From: Lama guanicoe
Taxonomy: Eukaryota
DNA length: 64,000 nt
Assembly: GCA_013239625.1 (NCBI GenBank)
Contig: MU054220.1
Span: forward strand, 4,709,328-4,773,327
Direction: 5' to 3'
The position numbers were made by a program, and so were the translations under genes. Position 1 is the first letter of the stretch, and every line of letters starts with the position of its first letter. Below are positions 14,168-27,374 of this stretch, in pieces. A model generated the notes under the pieces. The model was not told the DNA's origin. It made no database searches and saw only the letters and a program-made list of their open reading frames with translations.

Positions 14168-17100
14168 TTATTTGCAGTATTTCTGTGAATTGAGTTTCAG
14201 GTCAGATTTTCATGATGAAATCAGACATAGTTCAATATAATGAAACAAAATTCCATAATTAGAAAATTGCATAGAAGCTAGTAATTTTTAAGAATACATT
14301 ACAATATAGTTGAATCTTTCATTTGGCTGTATAATAAAACTTACATGTTTATAACAGTTCCATCTTCTTCTATGTCATCTTCGTGTAAACATAGTTCAAA
14401 ATATTACACTTAATTTCTCCTTTAAGTTCAGTTGAAAGGTGTTCAATTTCTGTTTAAAAAAAAATAGTGCCATAATAAACAAACCTTTGACATTAGAAAC
14501 TAGGTTTCCAAAAAGTTAAAATTTAATTTCTTCAACAAACAATATTACCATAAGATAAGAACATTAACATTTATTATGCTTCAATATTACATTATTATCT
14601 TCGAAGTGACTTCACTAACATTATCCATTCAAACATCACAATAGCACCCTCATTTTTCCAACAAGGAAACAAACTCTTTGAGATGAACTTCTTGCCTAAG
14701 AACCATTCTGGTGCAATAGGCCTGTTTCTAGAACCAAGGTGCCTGCACTAAAAATCCAGGGCTCTTTCTACCCTATCACTCACTTTATAAATAAAGAACT
14801 TATACTCACATTTCATGCAACATTCTGTAAACATATAAAAACTAAACCAATCATTTTGAAACAAGTGATTTATAGTTTTCCTATTTTATTTTTTAGTTTC
14901 AAAAGCTCACAGAAGTATATAAAATGAAAAAGTCTCTCACCTTTTTTCCTATTCCCACTAATTGTAGCTGGCAATTTGAAGTGCATTCTTCCATTTCTTT
15001 TTCTATGTCAGTATAAAGCTATATGATATCTACAACAAACATACCTTTGTTTTTTTTTTAAGTAAAAGCTGTGAGGAGGTCTCCAAGATGGTGGAGTAGG
15101 AAGATTCTAAACCTACCTCTTGCCAAGGACACACCAAAGTTACAACTACTTACAGAGCAACTATATTAGAACAACCTGAGGACTAGTAAAAAAGATTTTT
15201 CACAACTAAAGAAATAAAGAAGGAACCACAGTGAAACAGGTAGGAGGGGTGGAGACACAATATAGTAAAGACCCCCACACGCTCGGTGGGCAACCCACAA
15301 ACGGAGGGAATACCACAATCATAGAGGTCTTCTCCATGAAGTGACCGGCCCAAGCCCCACATTGGGCTCCCCAGCCCCAGGGTCATGCACCAGAAAATAA
15401 GCCTCCAGAACATCTGGTTTTGAAAACCAGCAGGGCTTATGTTTGGGAGAGCCAGAGAGCTACAGCAAACAGAGACTCCACTCTTAAAGGGTGCGCACAA
15501 AATCTCACACGCCCAAGTCCCAGCACAGAGGCAGTAGTTTGAAAAGAGCCTGGGTCAGACCCACTCACTGATCTTGAAGAGCCTTTGGGAGAGGCAGGAG
15601 GCAACTGGAACTCCCCTGGGAAAAGAGACATTGGGGGCAGTCATTTGGGGCAGCTCCTTCCACTGCGATAACACTGGTGCTGGCAGGTGCCATTTTGTAA
15701 TCCTCCACCTAGTCTATTAGCACCAGGCACCTAGCTTCACCTTCCAATATCAGCACCAGCCCAAATACCCCTGAGCCACACAGACAGCCTCAAGGGAAGC
15801 CTGCCTCACCCTCCAGCAAACCCACACCCACTGCAGGAGGCATGGCCTTGCAGCCGAGCAGGTTTGGGGGACAGCCCCAGGTACAAGCAAGCCCACAGCA
15901 GCCAACTCCCCCACTCCAGAAGGGTGCACACAGCTCACATGGGGGGTACCTCTAGAAAATATAGCTCTGATGAGTAGAGAGAAGCATGCTGCTGAGCCTC
16001 ACAGAGCTTTATGCAAAAGAATCAAACTGGACTACTTTCTCGCAACATATGAAAAAATAAACACAAAATGGATTAAAGACTTAAATGTAAAGCCTGAAAC
16101 CATAAAACTTCTAGAAGAAAACATAAACAGTATGCTCTTGGACATCAGTCTTAGTAATATTTTTTGGCTATGTCTCCTCAGGCAAGGAAAACAAAAGCAA
16201 AAATAAACGGGATTATCATCAAACTAAAATGCTTTTGCACAGCAAAGGAAATTATCAAAAACAAAAAGGCTGCCTACTGAATAGGAGAAGATATCTGCAA
16301 AAGGGTTAGTATCTAAAATATATAAAGAACTCACACAACTCAACATCGAAAAAACAAACAACCTGATTTAAAAATGCACAGAGGACCTAAATAGATGTTT
16401 TTCCAGAGTAGATACACATATGGCCAACAGGCACGCGAAAGGAGGCCCAACATCACTAATCATCAGGGAAAGAAATGCAAATCAAAACCACAGTGAGATA
16501 GCACCTCACACCTGTCAGAATGGCTAACTGCAAAAAGACAACAAATAAGTGTTGATGAGAATGTGGAGAAAAGGGGACCCTCTAAGCACTGCTGGTGGGA
16601 ACGCAAACTGGTGTAGCCACTATGGAAAACAGTATGGAGTTTCCTCAAAAAAATTAAATATATGCCATATGACCCAGCAATTCTACTCCTGGGTATTTAT
16701 CTGAAGAAAATTAAAACATTAATTCAAAAAGACATGCATATCAATGTTCATCACAGCATTATTTGCAATAGCCAACATATGAAACCTGTGTCTATCAGTA
16801 GATGAATGGATAAAGATGTGATATATATATATTGAATGGAATATTACTCATCTATAAATATAATGAAATCTTGCCATTCACAGCAACATGGGTGGATCTA
16901 GTGAGTATTATGCTAAGTGAAATAAGACAGAGAAAGATAAATACGTATGATATCACTTAAATGTGGAATCCAAGAAACAAAGCAAACAAACAATGAAAAC
17001 AGGCTCATAGGTACAGTAGAAAACAAATAGGTGTTTGCCAGAGGGAAGGGTGGTAGCACTGGGCAAAGTAGGTAAAGGGGGCTAAGAGGTACAAATCTCC

Positions 17101-17700
17101 AGTTATAAAATAAATAATCCACTGGCATATAATATACAGTAAAAGGAATATGGTCAATAATATTGTAATAACTTTGTGTGGGGACAGATGGTTACTAGAC
17201 TTATTGTGGTGATCATTTCATAACAGATGCAATTGGCAAATCACTATGGACTTCACCCCAAATTAACAATATTGTATGTCAACTATATTTCAAGAAAAAA
17301 ATGGAAAAAAAGTAAAAACTGTGATCATACAAACATAAGCCAACAACTTTCTTTCTCCATTAAAAATAGTGAAATCTTGACTTGGTGTTGCACATTACTG
17401 AATTTCCTTATTTCACCAGCAGATCTATTAATCATTCCAACAACTTACACAAAATACTCTTACACTTTAAAAAAAAAATAGTGCCATGATGAACAAATCA
17501 GTTTAAAAGGAGGTGAAAGGGAAAGTAAACAATATATTTTGCCAAAAAATCACACTGCCGACTAAAACTAACAAAATTTTAGGATGATTATGCAAACAAA
17601 CTGAAGTAAAGAATATAATGAAATTTCAGGTGAAGGTTTTCTTCGCCTAACTTCTTCCTTTAACAATGGACTCAGGATTTGCTATCTTTATGCATACTAT
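14168..17700 (-). pseudogene. E2/UBC-like repeat D and probable terminus (exons about 17700-17449, 14449-14345, and a last piece ending at about 14168)
   Basis: LLKEEVRRRKPSPEISLYSLLQFVCII / FPF/SPPFKLICSSWHYF...TGT|GTAAGT. A 105-nt exon ttttttttaaacag|KLNTFQLNLKEKLSVIF/ELCLHEDDIEEDGTVIN|GTAAGT. Then DLKLNSQKYCK* with TAA (14168-14170) overlapping AATAAA. Confidence 0.6.
15075..17309 (+). mobile_element. L1 with 5'UTR joined directly to the 3' end of ORF2 and the 3'UTR
   Basis: Starts GGAGGTCTCCAAGATGG; switches near 16005 to ORF2 C-terminus (CKRIKLDY...[18 protein letters not shown]); A tail; TSD aagtaaaa(g/a)ctgtga at 15060-15074 and 17310-17324. Confidence 0.85.
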
Positions 17701-18136
17701 TTTTCTAAAATTTCCAGTGACTTTCTAAATTTCTAAAATTTCTAGAAATTTTAGAAATTTAAAAAGTCCTAGAAATTGTAAAATTTTTAGCTTCTTTTAC
17801 TGTTACTTTTGCCTAGTTCTTTTCTTTCTTCCTTTTATGATATTTGTAAATACATTTGATACATACAAAGATTATATGAACTACATAAGTTAGGTATAAA
17901 TCATAATATAATGAAAAACTCATATCTTACCACCCAACTCAAGAACCAGAGAACCAAGAACCTATCCGATCTTTCAGAGACAAGCACATCGCTAAATGTT
18001 GTGTATCATTCTACTTCTTTCAGATATAAATATTTAAAATATATAGACACATATAAATATATTATCAAAAATTTATATGAAATAATAACATACTGTTCAG
18101 TTTTGCTTATTTTTGAGATCTATTAAAAACCATCAT

Positions 18137-19725
18137 AGAAATGGATGCTGGGGTGTGCAACCCAGATACCCACTCTGGGACCAAGACAGTCTTTTGTAGA
18201 GAGTGCCAGTTGCTGAGGGCTCACATCTGTGGAATTAACCTTGGCCAATGGGAGCTGCTTGGTCCTTCACCACGGACAGCCTGCATGCAGTGCCTGGTTA
18301 ATGCAGAAATACGAAAGCCTGGCCCACTCATCTCAATTATGAACATCTCTGAAAGGCCATCCTAGCTTCAGAGCTTCCTGGGGGATTGACTGAGGCTTCC
18401 ATTACTACTGCATTGCAGCTCAACTTCTCCCTCAACTTAAGCCTTCTTCCCTCATTTCTGTACATATGTTGTTGCCCAGGGCACTCCATAAATAAATTCC
18501 CCGCAAACTAATCTCAACTTCAGAGTCTGTTTCCTGGGAAACCTGACTGTTGTAAGTTGAAAAGTGTTCCCACAAAAGATATGTTGGAGTCCCAGAGTAA
18601 GAGCTGACAATGAAGTTGGTGTTCTTATTTGCAAATAAGGTCTTTGCAGATGTAATCAAGTTAAAATGCGGTCATACTGTATTAGAGTGGGCCTTAAATC
18701 CAAAGACAGTCCTTATAGAGAGAGGAGGATTTGGAGCACACAGAGAGACAGAGGAAAGAAGACAATGTGAGGGAGAGAATATAGTTATAGAGCTGTAAGC
18801 CAAAGTATGCTAAGGATGGTAGACAACACCCAGAAGCTAGAAGGCTCTTCCATAGAGCCTTCAGAGTGAGCGTGGTCCTGCCAATACCTTGATTTTGGAC
18901 TTTTAGCCTCCAGAACTGTGAGAAAACAAATTTCTTTTCTTTAAAGCCACACATTTTCTTTTTTCTTTTTTTTAATCAATTTGTTACAGCAGCCCTAAGG
19001 AGACTTACACATAGATCTAAGACCTGCACTTGGGTAGTCTTCTGGGATTTGCTTTTTCCACTGGACATCATATTTCTAAGAAAAAAACTTTATTCTTTCT
19101 AAAATGATTATGCCTCTATCTGGGGGGCACAGTCATATTGTTTGTTCCTTTACTTCAATAATTTGGAGAAAAAACTATGAAAATTTAAAAAATTCATTTC
19201 ATGTCTATCTTTGTACACGTAAGTCTGTATTAGGCAGAATAATACCCCCCTACCCCAAGAGAGATATATCCTAACCACTGGAACCTGTGACTATTATCTT
19301 AAATGACAACATATTGTGATGACACAATTAAGTTAAGGACTTTGAGATGAGAAATTATCTAGGTGAGCCTAATATAATCAGATAGGTCTCTAATTTTAAG
19401 AGACCCTTTCCCAGTTTTGGTCAGAAAGGAAGATGTGACTGTGAAAGAATGGTCAGAGAGATGCAGTCAGGCTTGTGTAGGAGTCAGATGCAGTCAGAAG
19501 ATGTAGGAAGGGGTCTGTGAGCCAAGGAATGTGGGCAGCCTCTGGAAGCTGAAAAACGCCAGCAAACAAACTCTTCCCTAGAACCCCCAAAAGGAACATT
19601 TTGATTTTAGTCCATTGAGTCCCATGTTTCAATTCTAACTTATAGAACTGTCAGATAATAAGTGTGTGTTGCTTAAAGCCACTAATTGGTGGTAATTTGC
19701 AATATTGACAATAGAAAATGAATAC
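18137..19725 (+). mobile_element. Cluster of LTR16-like (about 18137-18548) and two MLT1 MaLR LTRs (about 18551-19010 and 19227-19725)
   Basis: ctcaacttcagagtctgtttcctggg; gcctccagaactgtgagaaaacaaatttc...tttgttacagcagccc; gagccaaggaatgtgggcagcctctggaagctg. Confidence 0.7.
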
Positions 19726-20687
19726 TGTTTCTGTGTGTGTGTCTGTCTGTCTGTTCGTCCTGAGGAAGCACACCTGGCCCTGGCCCCTGCCTCCCTCTCT
19801 TGTTCACTACACTCAGGTGAGAAGCGCTTTCTCTCCAGCCCTCAAAAGCACCAAGATCCACCCTACACCAACCATACTAAAAGCACCATAAAGGTCTGTT
19901 TGTTTTATTTACCAATATAGCTGTGGGAAACATATATAGCAAGTTCCCAATAAGTATTCATTAAATGAACGAATGGATTAATACTGTAGAAGGAAAAGTG
20001 TAAAATTCAGTAGCAGGGAGCAATAACTTCCAGATGAAAAATAAAATCAGTCACAATTTTAAAACTGTCTAGCTCATCTGTTGGTTCTACTTTTAAGTTA
20101 TAACTCATGGATTTTCCCCTTATAAAACCAAGGATTGGAAAGAAGCCATGCTTTATTGTCTCACCTAGCCCAGATCAGTTTATTTACTATCTGCAGCGGG
20201 GAAAGCAAGCTGTTAAAAATAATACACAATTAGTTGGTTATTCTTTGTCATGCTTTTAGAGCTCATCTGGTAGGTCTACCTGCTTCACTGTCACTTCTTA
20301 CTCAAGTGTGATTGGCTCTTAGGAATACCACATCACGTTACCCAGTTACAGGGGACGTTGAAAAATCAGAATGCTGGTTATGCCTCTGTGAAACAGATAT
20401 TGTTAGTGAACTATGCTCGCATTATCTATATAGGGAACCTAAACATGTTTTCCTATCCCTAGCCCCCTTCTAGTTTTCTTTTTTTGCATTAAGAGAATTT
20501 TAATAAGACTCCTCAAAATCTTCTTTGAAACAAGATAGAGAATGGAGAAATAAAGTAAATTCCCGCATTTCCTAGCACCCAGGTATGGAGGGAACTGAGG
20601 AAAGAGTATGCCTCAAGGGTGTAAGGCTGAGGAGTTCAGGGAGGAAGACAGAGTAGCATGACTGGAGTGCAAGGGAAGCAGGGATGG

Positions 20688-20830
20688 TGGGGAGAGTATA
20701 GTTCAGTGACAGAGTGCATGCTTAGTATGCATGAGGTCCTGGGTTTGATCCTCAGTACTTCCAGTTAATAAATAAACAAATTTAATTATCTGTCCCCCTA
20801 AAATAAATAAAATAAAATGTTTTAAAAAGA
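20688..20830 (+). mobile_element. Camelid tRNA-derived SINE (Vic-1 type)
   Basis: GGGGAGAGTATAGTTCAGTGACAGAGTGCATGCTTAG...GAGGTCCTGGGTTTGATCC followed by an A-rich tail. Confidence 0.8.
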
Positions 20831-21336
20831 GAAATAGGGTAGGAAAGGGAATGATAGGAGGTAAAGCCTTAGGCCCCTATAGCCTGCATACAACCATAAA
20901 GCCTCCTTGGTGTACAATAAACTACAATTATTTCTCACTCCCATCTCCCTGTTGACCAGGTTTGGCTCCAGGCCATGGGCTGGGCTTATATCTGCTCTGT
21001 TTCACAATCATCTTGGATCACCCAGATCTGAAAACAACTCCGGACAACTCATTATCATATATATTGCAAAATATTTCATCCACAGAATCTTCTTTCTCAG
21101 TAGTATGAGGAAAAGAACAAGCCCTAAATTGTGTGACCTTGGTCAGTTCTAGTATTTAGTTAGCTCATGTACAAAATGGGGATGGCAAAGAATGCCCACT
21201 TTTCAGAGATGACCACCAGGGAACCTGAGGGGCCTGTGGAGCTCCACATCCACGAGTGGTGCGGGCAGTATTTGCTTCACTTCATCCTCATCAATAGTGC
21301 TTATTCATCATTCAACTTCCCAGTCAATTCTACAGG

Positions 21337-22143
21337 TGAGAAAAAGTCTCTCATTTCCAAATGTGTGTTTTCCAAGCAATTAGATTAACACAATCCTGAC
21401 ACTATCTACCCGAAAGAGCATCAGCTCCCACAGGCTTAGCCCCACAAGACTGCCCCCACTTCAGGCACCAACTGCAAATACAGGTTGTTACTGCACTTCT
21501 GACCAGTTGGTTAAAAATTAGAGGTTCCTATGACCCCCTTCTTGGGTTCTATTAATTTGCTAGAGTGGCTCACAGAATTGAGGAGAACAGTTTATTTACT
21601 AGATTACTGGTTTATTATAAAATGATATAATTCAGGAACAACCAGATGGAAGAGATGCACAGGGTAAAGGATGTGGGGAAGGGCACAGAGCTTCCACGCC
21701 CTCTCCAGCTGCACCACCCTCCCAGCACACCCACAGGTTCAGCAACCTGGAAGCTCTCAGAACCACATACTATTGGAGGGCTTATTACATAGGCATGATT
21801 GATTAAATCATAGGCAATTGGCAGTTGATTCAACCTCCAGCTCCTCTCCTCTGCCCAGAGGGAGCACCCCTCCCCCATCCTTAGGGGCTTTCCAAAAGTC
21901 ACCTCATTAACATAACCTCAGAAGTGGTTTAAGGGCCTTGCTATGAATAACAAGACCCTCCTTTCACCTTTATGGCTCTGGAGCTATTTCAGGAACTGGT
22001 TACAAAAGAGCAAATATTATAACAAATGATGCTCCCACTGTTCTTTTCACTTAAGAAATTCAAAGGGTGTGGGGAGCTGGGAGCCAGGAACAGTGGAGGA
22101 AGACCAAATATATGTTTCTTATTATAAATCACAATATCATACA
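21337..22143 (-). mobile_element. MER21-like LTR
   Basis: cccacaagactgcccccacttcag and attataaatcacaatatcataca blocks typical of MER21. Confidence 0.65.
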
Positions 22144-22253
22144 TTGTTCTGATTTGCATTTTTTTTTGAGGCTTAAGTTCTCTTATACATTTATTTGCCA
22201 CTCATATATTTACTTTTTCACACTGCCTCTTCATGTCTTTTGTTCAATGGTAT

Positions 22254-22732
22254 TGTGAAGGAAAAGCCAGGCTGGGCTAACAAGATGACCCACAAGTCTA
22301 AGAATGTAAAAGAAAAGCTGGGCTGGGCTAACCAGATAACTCACAAATCTAAATATCAGAATACTGATCTGAGTTCTGCTGGACTAACTCGTAAATCTAA
22401 GTTAATTAGTGTTGGTTTGCTGTTCATGTTTTTTTTGCTAGCCAGCTGGATTTTCAAAGAGATATATCTGGCTTTGGAATGTTGGTTTGCTGCCTCCCTG
22501 CCTCCACTTTTGTGATAATGATGCTGCTAAAGCTGTTCCATGCCTAATGGCCGAATAACCCAAGCTTGTACTTTACCCTATGAAACCTCATGCGCACGTC
22601 TTGGAGGTGCGTCTTGGAGGTGCTCAGAGCTTCGGAGCAGAAGCCCCTCTGAGCCCGCCGGCATAATACATCTGAGTACTCCAACCCTCCGAGTGGTGCT
22701 TGTTTCTTGGCTGGCCTGTCATTTCCATAACA
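22254..22732 (+). mobile_element. Young solo LTR
   Basis: TGTGAAGG...CATAACA ends; 4-bp TSD GTAT. Confidence 0.8.
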
Positions 22733-23206
22733 GTATCTTTATCTTTATCCTAATAATTCATAAAAGGTTATTACAAGGTTATTCATCCTTTTCAAAATGC
22801 ATTTACTTTTTCATTATGGGTAATTTCAAACATACGAAAAGGCAGACAGAATAATCTGATGAACTCCTACACATAATGAACTTCCATAACTGTCAACTCA
22901 TGTCCACCCTTGTTTCATCTATACCACTATCCACTTCCTCTTTCACAAATTATTTTGAAGAAAATCCCAGAAAACATTATTTTTCCTGTAAACATTTCAG
23001 CTTGTATCTCTAAAATTATAATGGCTTTTTTAAAAACTATGCCACTATCCTGCCTAAAAAATTAACAATATTTCCTTTATACTATCAAGTATTCCCAAAT
23101 TTGTAACTGTCTTATTAAGGTCTTTTTAAATAATGATCTGTTTGCAATTTTTGATGTGCCTAATGTGCTTTGTATTTGAAGCACCTCTAAGTCAAGTATC
23201 CCTGGA

Positions 23207-23334
23207 GGGGAGCATATAGCTCAGTGATAGAGCGCATGCTTAGCATGCATGAGGTCCTGGCTTCAATCCCCAGAACCTCCATTAAAAAAAATAATAAACC
23301 TAATTACCACCCCCACACACCAAAAAGAAATAAA
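23207..23334 (+). mobile_element. Camelid tRNA-derived SINE (Vic-1 type)
   Basis: Same head; perfect 15-bp TSD TCAAGTATCCCTGGA at 23192-23206 and 23335-23349. Confidence 0.9.
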
Positions 23335-23399
23335 TCAAGTATCCCTGGAAATCATGTACCACATACCTTTTTCATCTTTGGAACTTTCAAGTATACATA

Positions 23400-23809
23400 T
23401 GTTACGGAAATGACAGGCCAGCCAAGAAACAAGCACCACTCGGAGGGTTGGAGTACTCAGATTTATTACGCCGGCAGGCTCAGAGGGTCTTCTGCTCCAA
23501 AGCTCTGAGCACCTCCAAGATGTGCACATGAGGTTTTATAGTGTTAATTACAAGTATGGGGCTATTAGCCAATAAGGTTCAAACAACAAAAAGCAAGGAA
23601 TCAGTACACTGGAGCTTATCAATTTGGAACAGATCACGTTACTGAACTGACACTTGCTTGGATTTACGAGTTAGCTTGTTAGCCCAGTAAACTGACACTA
23701 AACTTCAGATTTACGAGTTAGCCTGGCAGAACTTATATCAGTCAACCGACACTTATCACACTTAGATTTGTGACTTAGCTCGTTAGCCCAGCTGGGCTTT
23801 TCCTTCACA
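23400..23809 (-). mobile_element. Young solo LTR of the same family, opposite orientation
   Basis: Reverse complement of both ends of 22254-22732; TSD CATA/CGTA. Confidence 0.8.
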
Positions 23810-23997
23810 CGTATACGGAAGAGTCATCAAGCTGAGAACATTTTGATGACCAGAAAGAGCAGGCAAAAAAGTAGGATCACGTGAAAAAAAGTCAGCGGCA
23901 AAAATGGATATCCTAGCTAACTATATAAAGAACTAGTGACAGCGAGTTGCTAACAACAAATGTGAAATCAGCAACTAGACACCACAAATAAAGAAAC

Positions 23998-24655
23998 TGT
24001 TACTGAACACTAGTTCGTGTGCTTGACATACAGTGAGGCCACACAAACTGAAAGGGCAGAGGTCCCAGCAGAGGAAGGATTATTGTTGGGTCAAGCAAGG
24101 GAACAGATGGCTTGAGCTCAAGAAACCAACTCCCTAATGGTTCTTGGGGAGAAGTTTTTATAGGCAAAATTTGGGGCGAGGGCTGCAGGGTGTGTGACTT
24201 TCTTCTGACCGGTTGGCGATGAGGTAACAGGGTGGTGCTCCAGGAATCTTGTGCTCAGCCTGAACTTACCATCCTCCACCTGGGTGGGGGAGCCTTAGTT
24301 CCTGAAGAAGAGCTCAAAGATATTGTTATGCATATTCCTTGAGGAGGAACCAGGATCCTGCTTTAATGGCTGCACTATTGTTTCTTGACTGTTCCTCTCT
24401 TGTTTCTGCATTTCCTCCCTTCCCTGATTAGCAACTGTTTGAATCTGCTCTTTGGTATTCAATCAGGAAAGTCTAGGAGGCTGAAGCCTTTTTCCTGCAA
24501 ATAAGAAACGGGTATGTGTACAGTACATACAGATGCTGAACTATAACAATGTACATCTGAAACATACAATAACTTTTTTATAAATTAAAAAAAAGAAAGA
24601 GATGCAAAAAGGCTTTTGTGCCCAGGAGGGCCATACAAGGTCTTGCTCAGTTTCA
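23998..24655 (-). mobile_element. ERV1-type solo LTR related to the 26300-26903 LTR, with a short L1 3' tail inside
   Basis: TG...CA ends; shares ccatcctccacctgggtgggg..cctagttcctg and tgcact(a/g)ttgt blocks with the second LTR. Confidence 0.75.
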
Positions 24656-25129
24656 AAATCATCAGAAACATGTGTAAACCAAGTCAACTTAGGAAACAAC
24701 ATTTCACTTTATGAATACCACAAGGGAGGGAAAAAAAGAAAAAGAATATGTGAACATCCTAATGGTGAAACAGCTTCCTTCTTGGAACACAAAGCAAGTT
24801 GTCTTAATTTATAGTTGGACACAGTAGGGAAAACTGCTCTAGGTTCCAGCATACCTGTATTAAATGAAATTCAAAAGGAAAGAAAAAATGTGGATGCGAA
24901 TGACAATAGTGCTTTGACATCAGTCATCTAAAACTAAAACTTTGGAACTCTAGTTTTTGTTAGGGAGAAATGACCTTTGTGCAAGACGTGAGTAGTTCCT
25001 AGGGCTCTGTTTTCTAATTCCAGTCCATACACTGTCTCTTAGACGTTTTTCCTTCAGAATTATCTCATTTATAACTGTATTCTGCACTTTATCATATGTG
25101 TATATATGTGTGTTTAATGAAGATATGAA

Positions 25130-26903
25130 TGAATACTCACTCTTTCTGTAGGTTCTTTAACTTAGATCTTCCCTTTCTTCCAATGTCCCTCTTTGTTGCA
25201 GTAAATGCATTGACTAGGTCCCAGCTTCGCTGGCAGCCAGGGTGCCCCACATTGTGGGTAGGGGCACTCACCCATGATGTCTTATTCTCTCCTCCTGGGT
25301 TACCTGGGGTTGGTCTGCTTCTTGTCTTCTTTTTCTTCTTCCAGTCCTAAAGGCCACCTCAACCAATTGGGAAGTGAGAGTGTTAGGTCCCACTGCAATC
25401 TTTTGAAGTTTGCAGCAAATGTCTGGAGCACTCTGAGATATGAAATAGCTGTTCATTACTGCTGAGCTTCAGGGTCCAGGGTGGCGTATTGCCCAAGGCA
25501 TTTTTTGATCCTCTCCAAAAAGACAGAGGGGTTTTTATCCTTTCCTTAAAATAAATTGGTTTTCATCATAATGCACCCTAATGGGCAGTCTGAGGGGACT
25601 GATGTCTGGTTCCCCATTTCCTCAGATCTCAGTATAGGATTTGTCTCCAACTACCAAGAGATCTGGAATAAGGGTTGGTGGAGACAAAGATTCTATTCTC
25701 AGCCCACTGAAAATTTCCTTCTCTAGAGAGTTGGTGAATTCTTCCAATTAATAATTTGGAAGTACACACTCAGGTTGTTCTGGAATACCAAACTGGTACC
25801 TCTCTACCAATAACTCAGGTTACCAGGACCCCCTAATGAGGATCAAAACCAGGAGAGACAGATTATCTCAGTGAGGCCTTTCACCATCAGGCATCCCCAA
25901 TCAGCCTCCAGGACTAAAGTGGACAGGGGTGTCTTGCAATCCCTTAGACTCTCTGAGCCACCATGGCCAGACCAAATTGTACAGTTATTGAGTCATTCCT
26001 TCTCCCACCCTGAGACTGGAACAGAGCCCTGAATCCCATTTGTAGGGTAAATGTCACTCACCTCTGTGAAGGGACTCTCCAGATCAAGGTGTCTGGAGTG
26101 ACTGCTGAGCCTGTTCAGTGAGTCTAGGTGCTTGGACCTGACATAACAGGTGCCAAGAGGAATTCTCTTATGCCCTTCCCCATAGGGCCCCCAGCAACAT
26201 GGACGAATTCACCTGGGCAAGCTGCCACAGCTCACTGCATCCCCTGCTGGGAGCTGAAGGAAACTAAAGACAAGAGATGTCCCACCAGAGCTGCCAAATT
26301 TGTTATATGAAAACTGGGTTCACCTCTTGGTAGGCATCAAGCCAAAGGTATAAATCAAGACAACGCAAGGGAGAAGGAAGGATTCATTATTACTTGCAGC
26401 AAATACTGAGAACACTGGGGGATCTTTCCCAAAGCAGTGTCTCCCTAAACAGCAAAATCGGAGAAGTTTTAAGCTAAGGGTATATGCATATTCACAAGGG
26501 AGCTTGAGCAGAGGAGAATTCAGCATAGAATTGGGGCAAAGGTCAACAGAATCTAAGCTTTAGGTGATTGAAGTCAGGAGGGTCAACATCATCATTCCAC
26601 CCTCCATCCTCCACCTGGGTGGGGCCCTAGTTCCTGCAGAACTGAAAGCTATTTTATTGGGTATATCCCTTGAAGAGGAACTAGGACTCCGCTTTAACAC
26701 TGCACTGTTGTCTGACTGCCGTTTATTCTGTCCCTGCACTCCTTGGTTCCCTGGAGATCACTAATCACTGAAACCTGCTCAAGGGGAAGCACTGCAGCCA
26801 GTCTTAGATCACAAAATGACTTAGGCCAAAACGGGTTCTCTTATGTCAAGAAAGCCATTCCTAAGCCTCTTTCTCTGCAGACTCTCTAACCTATCTGCTT
26901 ATA
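25130..26903 (-). mobile_element. Truncated ERV1 (gammaretrovirus-like): 5' LTR about 26903-26300, PBS, leader and gag remnant
   Basis: Capsid motif FISQSAPDICCKLQKIAVGP (ORF 25268-25456), zinc knuckle CIYCNKEGHW near 25200, TGG-starting PBS-like sequence adjacent to the LTR end. Confidence 0.85.
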
Positions 26904-27374
26904 CTCTCTACTTGGTTTCAATTTGTAGAGAAACCAAAGGGCCCAATTGTAATATTTTCGCAAGTTCCTCATTAATAAACTGCTCATCATTTCATGAATG
27001 AGATATTTTAATCATCTAAATGGGCATGTGAAAAAAACTTGATTTCTAAAACTGAGAATATATATTATTCATACAATGGGTCATAAATCTAAACATAAGA
27101 TAAGAGATAAAACTAGAAGAAAAGGGAAAAAATCTTTGTGATCTTGGGTAACGTAAAGATTTCTTAGATAAGACACAAAAAAGTAGGAAGCATAAAAGAA
27201 AAAATATAAATTGTATTCCATCAAAATTTTAAAATTTCTCACCTAAATACAGTTAAAAAAATGAAAAAGTAAGCCAAAGACTAGGAAAAAATATTTGCAA
27301 CACATCTCAGCTGCATTTCTAAAAATTTAAATAATCAGAGATACGTATGAAAGCATACTAGTGTTTGTTTCAGC

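Larger units (their letters stand above)
19080..27050 (-). pseudogene. E2/UBC-like repeat C in three pieces (about 27050-26905, 24854-24708, 19174-19080)
   Basis: QFINEELAKILQLGPLVSL; ttcatttaatacag|GMLEPRAVFPT / EGSCFTIRMFTYSFSFFPSLVVFIK (cf. EGGxFxLxIxFPxxYPFxPPxVxF); ttttcatag|FSPNY*SKG / IILERIKFF. Confidence 0.6.
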
